A DNA stretch of 64,000 bases from Candidatus Cloacimonadales bacterium (lineage in GTDB: Bacteria; Cloacimonadota; Cloacimonadia; Cloacimonadales; JAFGVF01). The stretch lies in NCBI GenBank assembly GCA_963667035.1, contig OY762964.1, forward strand, positions 1,152,001 to 1,216,000, in the 5' to 3' direction. This document shows, piece after piece, positions 49,700 through 58,529 of this stretch. The position numbers were made by a program, and so were the translations under genes. The number at the start of each line of letters is the position of its first letter. The first letter of the stretch is position 1. The notes beneath the pieces are model-generated. The model was not told where the DNA came from, searched no databases, and was given only the letters and a program-made list of their open reading frames with translations.

Positions 49700-51943
49700 A
49701 TGAAACTTAGCTTAATATTAGTATTGCTATTATTTACTAATGGGATATTCTGTGTTGTATTTGAGATTTTCGAAGACGGAACAGGAGATTACTCAACAAT
49801 CCAGAGTGCAATAGATGTTTCTGTTGACTATGATGTTATACTCGTGCATCCTGGGACATATTATGAGAATCTTTCGATTGTAGATAAAGAGTTAACTCTT
49901 ATGAGCGACTTCCCCAATACAAACAACCCAACGGATATTGCGAGTACAGTTATTGATGGAAATCGAAATGGAAGTGTAATCAATATCATCAATACAAACT
50001 GGCTTCAGATTAACGGATTTACAATTAGAAATGGCTCGGGTGAAATCCCTTATCTTTCATATATTGGTGGTGGTTTGAAAGTTGAAGATTCAAGTTTTAT
50101 TGTAAAGAATTGCCATATACAAAATAATCAGGCTGATTTAGGAGGGGGAATATTACTTAGTAATTCCAACTTGAATCTTGAAGGTTCTACAATAAGACAT
50201 AATACGGCCTTCCGTTTTGGAGGAGGAATCTACATCAATAATTCAGATGTAACTTTCCATGCATCCAGTCTTAACAACATCTATCTTAACTATGCAGGAT
50301 CTGGTAACGAACTATACAGTACATATAACAGTCCTATACAAAGCGTAGTTGTAGATACATTTACTGTGGAAAACCCGACAATCTATCATGCTTTTCCCAC
50401 AGATATGTACTCCGAGCCAATACTTCCAATAGAAAGCAGATTTAGTTTTTCAATTCAGAATCATTTAGTTGACGAGGTAGCTTCTGACCTCTATGTCTCA
50501 ACAACAGGTGATGATAGTAATAATGGTGAGTCGTCAGACTCTCCTTTAAAAACTATAGCCTACGCAATGTTAAAAGTAGATTCAGATAGTTTAACCCACA
50601 GAACTATATATGTAGCAGATGGTGTATACTCTGAAAGCTTAAATAATCAAGTATTTCCAATTCATCTAAAAGATAATGTGAGCATAGTAGGTGAATCAGA
50701 TACCGGAACAATCCTTGATGCAGAATCTATAACAGGCTTCTTCCGTTCTACATATCATGATAAAAATGTAGATATTAGAAATTTTTCACTTATAAACGGT
50801 TACAATAATCAGGGAATCCATCTCCATCATGCAATAGATTTCCAAATAGATAATGTTGATATATCCAACTATGTTGGATCAAGAGAAGCAGTTTATCTTA
50901 AACTTAGTGAAGGAGTTGTGAATAATGTGAGAATCCATGATGGTACTTTCTGGGGAGCTTTGTCATTCACTTTCACAGATGATTCAACAATTTCGAATAC
51001 GCGGATATATGATAATACAGAGTTTATTTCCGAAGACACATTCAGTTATTTTAGTATTGGGGCACATTCATATAATGGAAGTGTCATAAATATTATTAAT
51101 ACCGAGATTGTTAATAATACTGAAACTTATTCTGATTGGAACAGAGGTGGCGTAGCTTTGATAATTACTTCAGGAGGATATCCAACCCCTGCAATATGTA
51201 ATCTAATCAACTCTACTATTGCTGATAACCATGCTGATTCATTTTTCGGTTCTGCTATTTCAGCTTCTACAGTCTCAAAACTAAATATTGTTAACTCCAT
51301 TGTTTATGGTAATACTCCTCATCAGATTGTTTTGAATAATCAGACTTATCAGGAATCATTGTTTGTAAGAAACTCTTTAATTCAAGGTGGAGAGGAGAAC
51401 ATAGGTATGCTCGGTGAAGGATTTATTGATTGGCAGGATAATAATATCACGGATAATCCCATATGGGATGTTGATGATGGTTATTACTTCCTTTCATCTC
51501 TTTCCCCTGCAGTAGATGCGGGTACAACAATCATGCCCGAAGGAGTGCAACTTCCTGAATATGATTTGACCGGATATGCCCGTATCTATGGAGACCAAAT
51601 AGATATTGGATGCCATGAATGGAATCCCGTTGGAATTGAGGAAGAGATTTTGGTACATTCTCAACAAGAAATATATCTATACAATGCATATCCTAATCCT
51701 TTCAATCCAATTACAACTATAACATACAGCGTCCCAAACAGATCTGATGTAGAGATCTCTGTGTATAATGTTAAAGGACAGAAGATAAAGACCTTGTATT
51801 CTGGTGTTGTTGAAGAAGGCTATCATACAGTTTCATGGGATGGAACTTCTGATAACAATAAAAGTATTGCGTCAGGAGTTTATTTCTATAGATTAAAATG
51901 TGGAAATCAAAGCAGGCAAAAGAAGATGCTGTTGCTAAAATAA
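49700..51943 (+). CDS. Secreted beta-helix/FlgD-Ig protein, paralog B
   Basis: True start ATG 49700 (same RBS and signal peptide as paralog A); 747 aa. Confidence 0.85.
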   Translation: MKLSLILVLLLFTNGIFCVVFEIFEDGTGDYSTIQSAIDVSVDYDVILVHPGTYYENLSIVDKELTLMSDFPNTNNPTDIASTVIDGNRNGSVINIINTNWLQINGFTIRNGSGEIPYLSYIGGGLKVEDSSFIVKNCHIQNNQADLGGGILLSNSNLNLEGSTIRHNTAFRFGGGIYINNSDVTFHASSLNNIYLNYAGSGNELYSTYNSPIQSVVVDTFTVENPTIYHAFPTDMYSEPILPIESRFSFSIQNHLVDEVASDLYVSTTGDDSNNGESSDSPLKTIAYAMLKVDSDSLTHRTIYVADGVYSESLNNQVFPIHLKDNVSIVGESDTGTILDAESITGFFRSTYHDKNVDIRNFSLINGYNNQGIHLHHAIDFQIDNVDISNYVGSREAVYLKLSEGVVNNVRIHDGTFWGALSFTFTDDSTISNTRIYDNTEFISEDTFSYFSIGAHSYNGSVINIINTEIVNNTETYSDWNRGGVALIITSGGYPTPAICNLINSTIADNHADSFFGSAISASTVSKLNIVNSIVYGNTPHQIVLNNQTYQESLFVRNSLIQGGEENIGMLGEGFIDWQDNNITDNPIWDVDDGYYFLSSLSPAVDAGTTIMPEGVQLPEYDLTGYARIYGDQIDIGCHEWNPVGIEEEILVHSQQEIYLYNAYPNPFNPITTITYSVPNRSDVEISVYNVKGQKIKTLYSGVVEEGYHTVSWDGTSDNNKSIASGVYFYRLKCGNQSRQKKMLLLK

Positions 51944-51950
51944 AATAACA

Positions 51951-51980
51951 ATCCCCTATGGATGAAAATCCATAGGGGAT
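51951..51980 (+). other. Intergenic hairpin directly before an RBS
   Basis: ATCCCCTATGGAT-GAAA-ATCCATAGGGGAT; shares the CCCTATGG/CCATAGGG core with 47378-47407. Confidence 0.75.
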
Positions 51981-51993
51981 AATCTGAGGTTTT

Positions 51994-54234
51994 ATGAAGA
52001 CTCTTGTTCTTATTCTTATGCTCTCTGTTTCTCTTCTCCATGCAGTGATAATTGAAGTCAATGTTAATGGAAGTGGTGACCAGCCTACTATCCAATCTGC
52101 AATTGATTTTGCTCAGAATTATGATACAATCTTAGTGCATCCGGGTACATATTATGAAAATCTTTCGATTGTTGATAGAGAGATAACAATTATGAGTGAC
52201 TTTTTTAATACTAACAATCCTTTAGATATAGCCAATACAGTTATTGATGGAAATCGAGATGGTAGTGTGATTAGTGTCATTGATACAGATTGGCTCCAAA
52301 TTAACGGCTTCACAATTAGAAATGGATCAGGAGAAGTGCCATACACATATATTGTTGGTGGAGGGATCCATGCATCAAATTCACATATTACAGTTAAAAA
52401 TTGTCGTATAAAAAAAAATCGAGCAGATTTGGGTGGAGGGATCATGCTTACTGATTCCAACCTATACTTAGAAAGTAGTACCGTTACATCAAATATTGCT
52501 TATCATTTCGGTGGAGGAATCGCGATTAGTAACTCAGATGTAACTTTCCACGGTTCAAATCTCAATAATATCTATCTTAATTATGCTGGCTCGGGTAATG
52601 ATTTGTTTAGTACTTACAATAGTCCCTTACAGACAGTGATTGTGGATACTTTTACTGTCGCAAATCCGACTATCTACCATACTTTCCCCTCAAATGGGTA
52701 TTCAGTGCCAATAGAGCCCTTAGATAGTAGATTTAGTTTTTCAATTCAGAATCATGTTGTTGACGAGGTGGCTTCAGACCTCTATGTTTCTACCCTTGGT
52801 GATGATAATAATAGTGGTGAATCACCTGATTCCCCACTAAAAACAATTGCCTTCGCTATGCTCAAAGTTGATTCAGATAGCTTAGTACATAGGACAGTAC
52901 ATGTCGAGGATGGAGTCTACTCAGAAAGCTTGAATAATCAAATCTTTCCAATTCAACTAAGAGATAATGTTAGTATAGTCGGTGAATCAGATATGGGTAC
53001 AGTACTTGATGCCGAATCGATAACTGGCTTCTTCCGATCTACATATCAAGATAAAAATGTAGGGATTAGGAATTTCTCACTCATAAACGGATATAATAAT
53101 CAAGGAATCCATCTCCATCATGCAATTGATTTCCAAATAGATAATGTTGATATATCCAACTATGTTGGTTCAAGGGAAGCTGTTTACATGATTTACAGCA
53201 ATGGAGATGTAAACAACTTAAGAATCCATGACGGTACTTTTTGGGGTGCTCTTTCATTTCACTTTGTAGATGATTCAACAATTTCGAATACTAGAATATT
53301 TAATAATACTCAGTTTGCTGCAGAAAATGTCTTTAGCCATTTTAGTTTAGCATTAAGCTCTTATAATGGCAGTTTGATGAACATTGTCAACTCAGAGATA
53401 GTAAACAATACAGAGACATACTCTGATTGGAATAGAAGTGGAGTGGCATTAACTTTATCTTCAGGAGGATATCCAACTCCTGCAAGTTGCAATTTAGTAA
53501 ATTCAACTATAGCAAACAACAGTGCAAACTCCATCTGGGGAGCAGCCATTTCAGTTTCTACGGTCTCAAAACTTAACATTGTTAACTCCATTGTATATGG
53601 AAATACTCCCTATCAGATTGTCTTGAATAATGAGACCTATCAGGAATCTTTGTTTGTGAGTAACTCTTTAATTCAGGGTGGAGAGGAAAACATAGGTATG
53701 CTTGGGGAAGGCTTTGTTGATTGGCAGGATAATAATCTCACGGATAATCCCATGTGGGATGTTGATGATGGCTACTACTTCCTTTCAACTCTTTCCCCTG
53801 CAGTAGATGCGGGAACAACAATAATGCCCGAAGGAGTGCAACTTCCTGAATATGATTTGACCGGATATGCCCGTATCTATGGAGACCAAATAGATATTGG
53901 ATGTCATGAATGGAATCCAGTTTATATAGATGAAGATATATTGGTACACTCTCAACAAGAAACATATCTATACAATGCATACCCCAATCCATTTAATCCT
54001 GAAACTACAATTTCCTTTGACTTACCGGTCAGAGGTAAGACCGAATTAAGTATTTTTAATATCAGAGGTCAGAAGATAACTACTCTTATCAATGAAGAGA
54101 TGAGTATGGGACATCATTCCATCATTTGGGATAGTAAAGATAACAATGGAAAAAGTGCTCCATCAGGTGTCTACTTCTATCGTTTGAAAACAAACGACAA
54201 AGCCTTGACTAAAAAAATTATGCTACTCAAATAA
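51994..54234 (+). CDS. Secreted beta-helix/FlgD-Ig protein, paralog C
   Basis: Same architecture as A and B; 746 aa. Confidence 0.85.
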   Translation: MKTLVLILMLSVSLLHAVIIEVNVNGSGDQPTIQSAIDFAQNYDTILVHPGTYYENLSIVDREITIMSDFFNTNNPLDIANTVIDGNRDGSVISVIDTDWLQINGFTIRNGSGEVPYTYIVGGGIHASNSHITVKNCRIKKNRADLGGGIMLTDSNLYLESSTVTSNIAYHFGGGIAISNSDVTFHGSNLNNIYLNYAGSGNDLFSTYNSPLQTVIVDTFTVANPTIYHTFPSNGYSVPIEPLDSRFSFSIQNHVVDEVASDLYVSTLGDDNNSGESPDSPLKTIAFAMLKVDSDSLVHRTVHVEDGVYSESLNNQIFPIQLRDNVSIVGESDMGTVLDAESITGFFRSTYQDKNVGIRNFSLINGYNNQGIHLHHAIDFQIDNVDISNYVGSREAVYMIYSNGDVNNLRIHDGTFWGALSFHFVDDSTISNTRIFNNTQFAAENVFSHFSLALSSYNGSLMNIVNSEIVNNTETYSDWNRSGVALTLSSGGYPTPASCNLVNSTIANNSANSIWGAAISVSTVSKLNIVNSIVYGNTPYQIVLNNETYQESLFVSNSLIQGGEENIGMLGEGFVDWQDNNLTDNPMWDVDDGYYFLSTLSPAVDAGTTIMPEGVQLPEYDLTGYARIYGDQIDIGCHEWNPVYIDEDILVHSQQETYLYNAYPNPFNPETTISFDLPVRGKTELSIFNIRGQKITTLINEEMSMGHHSIIWDSKDNNGKSAPSGVYFYRLKTNDKALTKKIMLLK

Positions 54235-54320
54235 ACCTTTAAAATGGTCTTTTGGTCTTCTAAATGGTTGATTAGATATTAATATGGGCAGGTCTTTTGC
54301 CTGCCCGTTTCTAGATTTTG

Positions 54321-54347
54321 GGAGTGCATCGTCTTTGTCGATGCTTT
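54321..54347. repeat. REP-like element (GGAGTGCATCG...CGATGCTTT)
   Basis: GCATCG/CGATGC stem preceded by GGAGT. Confidence 0.5.
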
Positions 54348-54421
54348 AGTTGATGTACTCTTTTGTATGTCAACCACACTTAATAGATATTCGTTCAAGA
54401 GGAGCGATAACAATGTGTTTT

Positions 54422-54473
54422 GGAACGCAGGCATCTTGCCTGTTAAGTATGCGGACAGGGATGTCCGCGTTCC
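54422..54473. repeat. REP-like doublet
   Basis: GGAACGCAGGCATCTTGCCTG...GCGGACAGGGATGTCCGCGTTCC. Confidence 0.8.
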
Positions 54474-54492
54474 CGGTAACAAAGCAGGAACT

Positions 54493-56904
54493 ATGAATAA
54501 ATTATTATTATTTCTTATGATTATGTCAGTATTATGTATGCTGAATGCAACGACTCTCGAAGTCTCACTTGATGGTACTCATCCATACACTACTATCCAA
54601 TCAGCTGTTTATGCTTCCTCGAATGGCGATACTGTTCTCGTTCATCCGGGGAGATACATTGAGAATATTGACTTTATTGGTAAAAGCATAACAGTCTCTA
54701 GTGATTATCTTAATAATCCTGACTGGAGCATTGTTGAATCTACTATTATTGATGGGAATCAAGAATCCAGCTGTGTCATTGCAATAGATTATGAAATCGA
54801 CGCAAGACTTAATGGCTTTAGCCTTACAAATGGGTATGGATATGATGATATAAGGTTTGGTGGAGGGATCTTTCAGAAAAGACAAAGTGTACTATCAGTT
54901 TCAAACTGCTTGATTGTTGGTAATGAGGGCTTGAATGGTGGAGGAATTTATACAGGGAATAATTGTATTACTTACTTATCAGGAAGTATTATTAAGAATA
55001 ATCAATCTTCTCGATCAGGGGGTGGTTTATCTATTAATACATCTAATATCAATTTTGACCCCGTAAACATAAACAGTATTTTCAATAACTACGGCAACAT
55101 CCAGGATATTTATATCTATAATTCAGTTTGTAACGATATTGTTCTTGATACTTTGAGTGTAGATATCTCTGCACCGGATGGATACTTTGTTTCCTACAAT
55201 CATTATAGCGAACCGGCACCTTCTATCTCAAGTAACAACCACTACATCACCCAAGTTGATTCTGATCTATTCGTATCTCCGGTTGGAGATGATAGTAATG
55301 ATGGCTTAACACCAGAAACAGCCTTAAAAACAATCGCCTATGCAACAAGAATAATTCAACCCAATGAGGTGAATCCCAATACAGTATTTCTTCTTCCGGG
55401 AATATATAGCAAAGAGTTGAATAATCAATTCTTTCCTGTGGCTGTTCAATCTCACACTAAGCTATTGGGGGCAGGTGAAGCTTCATCTGAAGTAATTATA
55501 GGTGATGAGTGGAATAATAATACTATATCTGTTTGGTATGCTGAGCATGTGGACGTTGGTAATTTTCATATTAGGAAAAACAATATGTACGATAATTATA
55601 CTCTTAGTGTTAATGAATGTGAAGATATTATTATCAGAGATATTGATTTTGGTGAAGCTCAAACTAATAAGCCTGGGTTAACTGTATCTCAGTCAATAGA
55701 TATAGAATTAAGTAACTGTAGTTTTCATGATATAGTGGGTAATTATCGTTTTAAATGTGTAAAAACTTATTTAAGTAAAGTAACTCTTAATAATGTGTTA
55801 CTACATGATAATAATAGTAATTCTTCTAATGGATATGTATCCTGCCTTGATTTTGACGATAGCACTATAACTGCAAACAATATCATTGTCGCTAACAATT
55901 ATCAAGACTATCCAGGAGGTTTAGTTCAGTATAGCAATACAGCGAATAATTCTATTGGTGAAAATCTGAATTTATCCAATTTTCTTATGTACAATAACAC
56001 ATCAACCAGTAGTATACTTCCAATGTTAATATTCTTCAATAGGTATGATCCCAGTTACATTAGTAATATGACAATTGTGCATAATATAGGAACAAACCAA
56101 GTTCTCAGACTCGCAGGTGACTATACAATAAGAAATAGTATCTTATATAACCCTAATGCGGGTCCGGAACTAAACATCTGGGAACCAAGTTCCGGTGATT
56201 CAAATCCAACTTATTCAAATGTCGATGCAGATTACAACCTCATTCGTGGTGGAATCAGTAGCATTAACGGTGCTGATAATCCCAATAATACTCTTACCTG
56301 GGGTCCTCACAACATTGATACAGACCCGTTATTCCGTGGTGATGTATATGGTGATGTGGAACTTGAAGATATTAGATGGGTACAACTAACTGAGAACTCT
56401 CCATGTGTGAATGCAGGTACACCGGATACTCTCGGGATGAATCTACCTCCCATAGATATTACAGGTAATCCTAGAGTGTGGGATAATATAATCGATATGG
56501 GTGCTTATGAATACAATGCCACTCCTAACAGTGATGAAACAGCTCCAACACCACCTACGACAATACAGGTGTCTCATTTTCCTAATCCTGTGACACCGAA
56601 TGGTAGTAACGGAAAAGTAGCATTTATTGAGTTTACTCTACCGAATAAACCGATAGAGAAACCAACGTTAGAGATATACAATATCAAAGGTCAGAAGGTA
56701 CGAAGTATTAAGATAACTCAGAGTTTCTCTGCCCTTGTCCGCTCTGCCCGACTCTCCGCAGAAGAGAAGCAGTCAGGTGAGATGTATTCCCAGATATGGG
56801 ATTGTAAAGATGATAACCGGAAGCTTGTTGGTTCCGGGATATATTTTTATAAAGTGAGTAGTGAAGGTGAAGAAGCAATAGGGAAAATGATGGTGATTAA
56901 GTAA
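54493..56904 (+). CDS. Secreted beta-helix (DUF1565-like) protein with variant FlgD-Ig-type C-terminal domain, distant paralog D
   Basis: Start reassigned to ATG 54493 (AGGA RBS, MNKLLLFL signal peptide); TIQSAV, LFVSPVGDDSNDG, SPCVNAG, IDMGAYE, FPNP...YNIKGQ...SGIYFY. Confidence 0.85.
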   Translation: MNKLLLFLMIMSVLCMLNATTLEVSLDGTHPYTTIQSAVYASSNGDTVLVHPGRYIENIDFIGKSITVSSDYLNNPDWSIVESTIIDGNQESSCVIAIDYEIDARLNGFSLTNGYGYDDIRFGGGIFQKRQSVLSVSNCLIVGNEGLNGGGIYTGNNCITYLSGSIIKNNQSSRSGGGLSINTSNINFDPVNINSIFNNYGNIQDIYIYNSVCNDIVLDTLSVDISAPDGYFVSYNHYSEPAPSISSNNHYITQVDSDLFVSPVGDDSNDGLTPETALKTIAYATRIIQPNEVNPNTVFLLPGIYSKELNNQFFPVAVQSHTKLLGAGEASSEVIIGDEWNNNTISVWYAEHVDVGNFHIRKNNMYDNYTLSVNECEDIIIRDIDFGEAQTNKPGLTVSQSIDIELSNCSFHDIVGNYRFKCVKTYLSKVTLNNVLLHDNNSNSSNGYVSCLDFDDSTITANNIIVANNYQDYPGGLVQYSNTANNSIGENLNLSNFLMYNNTSTSSILPMLIFFNRYDPSYISNMTIVHNIGTNQVLRLAGDYTIRNSILYNPNAGPELNIWEPSSGDSNPTYSNVDADYNLIRGGISSINGADNPNNTLTWGPHNIDTDPLFRGDVYGDVELEDIRWVQLTENSPCVNAGTPDTLGMNLPPIDITGNPRVWDNIIDMGAYEYNATPNSDETAPTPPTTIQVSHFPNPVTPNGSNGKVAFIEFTLPNKPIEKPTLEIYNIKGQKVRSIKITQSFSALVRSARLSAEEKQSGEMYSQIWDCKDDNRKLVGSGIYFYKVSSEGEEAIGKMMVIK

Positions 56905-57234
56905 GAAAAGAGTTTTAAACCACGAACCACACCAAATACACGAATACAACGTCCTAGATAGAGTAGATACATAGATAAATGAGAGATATTAAAGATTTAC
57001 AGAAAATGAAACAGAAGATAGCAATATGTTTTTGTGAAGTATTTAAACCAAAAGTATAACTCTAACAAAAAAGATGATAATGATGAAGTAAGGTGTATGT
57101 TGGCTGATATTTCGTCAATTGTGAAAGTTACAGCTTGATTAAGCTTTTTGAAAGACATTGCGGATGAAGACTGTTCCTCTAGCCTCACCTGACATAGTTT
57201 GTATCGACTTGCCGATTCGGAGCTAGAAAGCGAA

Positions 57235-57436
57235 GATTTCAAATCAATTGTTGGAGATATTATGAATCAAATGGTGACTTCCGATAAAATACCCGGTAGA
57301 GATAGAATTTATGTAGCGGGGGAGAAAATGCCATAAGGGTAAAAAAGATGGTGTTCCAATTGTGCCTAATCTTAAGAAAGATATTGAAGTTATGCAAAAA
57401 GAACTTAAAATTGATATGATTAAGTTTGATTAACAC
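57235..57436 (+). pseudogene. Frameshifted duplicate of the Ldh_2 gene 3' end (island right boundary)
   Basis: Matches 41150-41362 apart from a 10-bp deletion (GGAATACTAT), a 1-bp deletion in an A run and a few substitutions. Confidence 0.92.
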
Positions 57437-57479
57437 ATAGTATATTGATTTGAAACCGAAGGATTTACTCCGGCTTTTT

Positions 57480-57956
57480 TTATGTTTTCATAATTTTGTA
57501 GTAGAAAAAGTCCTCATTGTTACATTTTGATTCATCTTTAACAAATCCACATTTCTTCTCATAGAAGTAGTGATTCTTCTCTGCAAAAGCAGGTGTCTCA
57601 AGTCTCCATGATAATGTATCAGGATACCTGTCTTCAATATGTTTCCAAATACTACTACCATAACCCTTATCCTGATAATCCGGGTCTATAAATACTGTTC
57701 CCAGTATATTATTTTTATCAGAGACAATCCAGACAATGTAGGCTCCAATAATTATGTCATTAATCATAACTACATCTGCTTGTGTAAGTGTCTGACCGAA
57801 ATACCATGTTCTAAAAAAATCTCCATTATCATATCCGGGAGGACCACCTTCCGGTATACCCAAATGCTTCATTGAATCATCATCAAATGCTCTTTTCATA
57901 ACATAACTGACAGCATCTAAATCTTCAAGTTCCATTTTTCTGTACTTTAAACTCAT
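57480..57956 (-). CDS. GNAT-family N-acetyltransferase
   Basis: VFIDPDYQDKGYG, NHYFYEKKCGF. Confidence 0.88.
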   Translation of the reverse strand: MSLKYRKMELEDLDAVSYVMKRAFDDDSMKHLGIPEGGPPGYDNGDFFRTWYFGQTLTQADVVMINDIIIGAYIVWIVSDKNNILGTVFIDPDYQDKGYGSSIWKHIEDRYPDTLSWRLETPAFAEKNHYFYEKKCGFVKDESKCNNEDFFYYKIMKT

Positions 57957-57970
57957 AAATCCCTCGTAAA

Positions 57971-58006
57971 AAACTAAGTCTACTTGGATTCAAGTAGACT
58001 TAGTTT
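57971..58006 (-). terminator. Terminator-like hairpin after ferritin
   Basis: AAACTAAGTCTACTTG-GATT-CAAGTAGACTTAGTTT, with a T run on the minus strand. Confidence 0.8.
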
Positions 58007-58019
58007 GTTATTGTTTATT

Positions 58020-58529
58020 CTATGCTCCGGTTGGAGCAACAAATGTTCTGGAAGCTAACTCCTTGTCCATCATATAAAGAGTATGAGGATTAGCTTGAAC
58101 CATCTTTAATGTTGTAAGTAGTTTATCTACGTTTGCTTCTTCTTCAACTTGTTCATCGATATACCATTGTAAGAAGCTCTTCGCAGCATGGTCTTTTTCT
58201 TCAATTGCAATATTCATAAGATTGTTAATGCAATCGGTAATGAATCTCTCATGCTCAAGCGTCAGTTCAAACACATGGATTACATCATTAAATTCATTAT
58301 CAGGTTTGTCGATTGCTTGAAGCTCAATAGTACCACCACGTTCTACAATATAATCAAACAGTTTCATAGCATGGAAGCTTTCTTCTTCATATTGCACGTG
58401 CATCCAGGTTGCAAAACCATCAAGGTTCTGGCTTTTGAACCAGGCTGACATAGACAGATATAGATAAGCTGAGTAAAGCTCTCTGTTTATCTGATCATTT
58501 ATTTCTTTCTCTAACTTTTTAGTTATCAT
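58020..58529 (-). CDS. ftnA: Non-heme ferritin
   Basis: QINRELYSAYLY, EESFHAMK, EHE, QWYIDEQVEEE. Confidence 0.95.
   Translation of the reverse strand: MITKKLEKEINDQINRELYSAYLYLSMSAWFKSQNLDGFATWMHVQYEEESFHAMKLFDYIVERGGTIELQAIDKPDNEFNDVIHVFELTLEHERFITDCINNLMNIAIEEKDHAAKSFLQWYIDEQVEEEANVDKLLTTLKMVQANPHTLYMMDKELASRTFVAPTGA

Larger units (their letters stand above)
41360..57436. mobile_element. Putative ~16-kb genomic island inserted at the 3' end of the Ldh_2 gene
   Basis: Direct repeat 41150-41362 versus 57235-57436; cargo is secreted proteins; no integrase seen. Confidence 0.7.

Noticed and set aside
47422..54234. Diversity-generating retroelement or shufflon behind the paralog variation
   Set aside because: No reverse transcriptase or invertase, no non-coding template repeat, differences are not adenine-specific, and all copies are co-oriented.
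54367..54492. 42-aa N-terminal extension of paralog D
   Set aside because: It is translated REP sequence; the signal peptide and RBS indicate ATG 54493.
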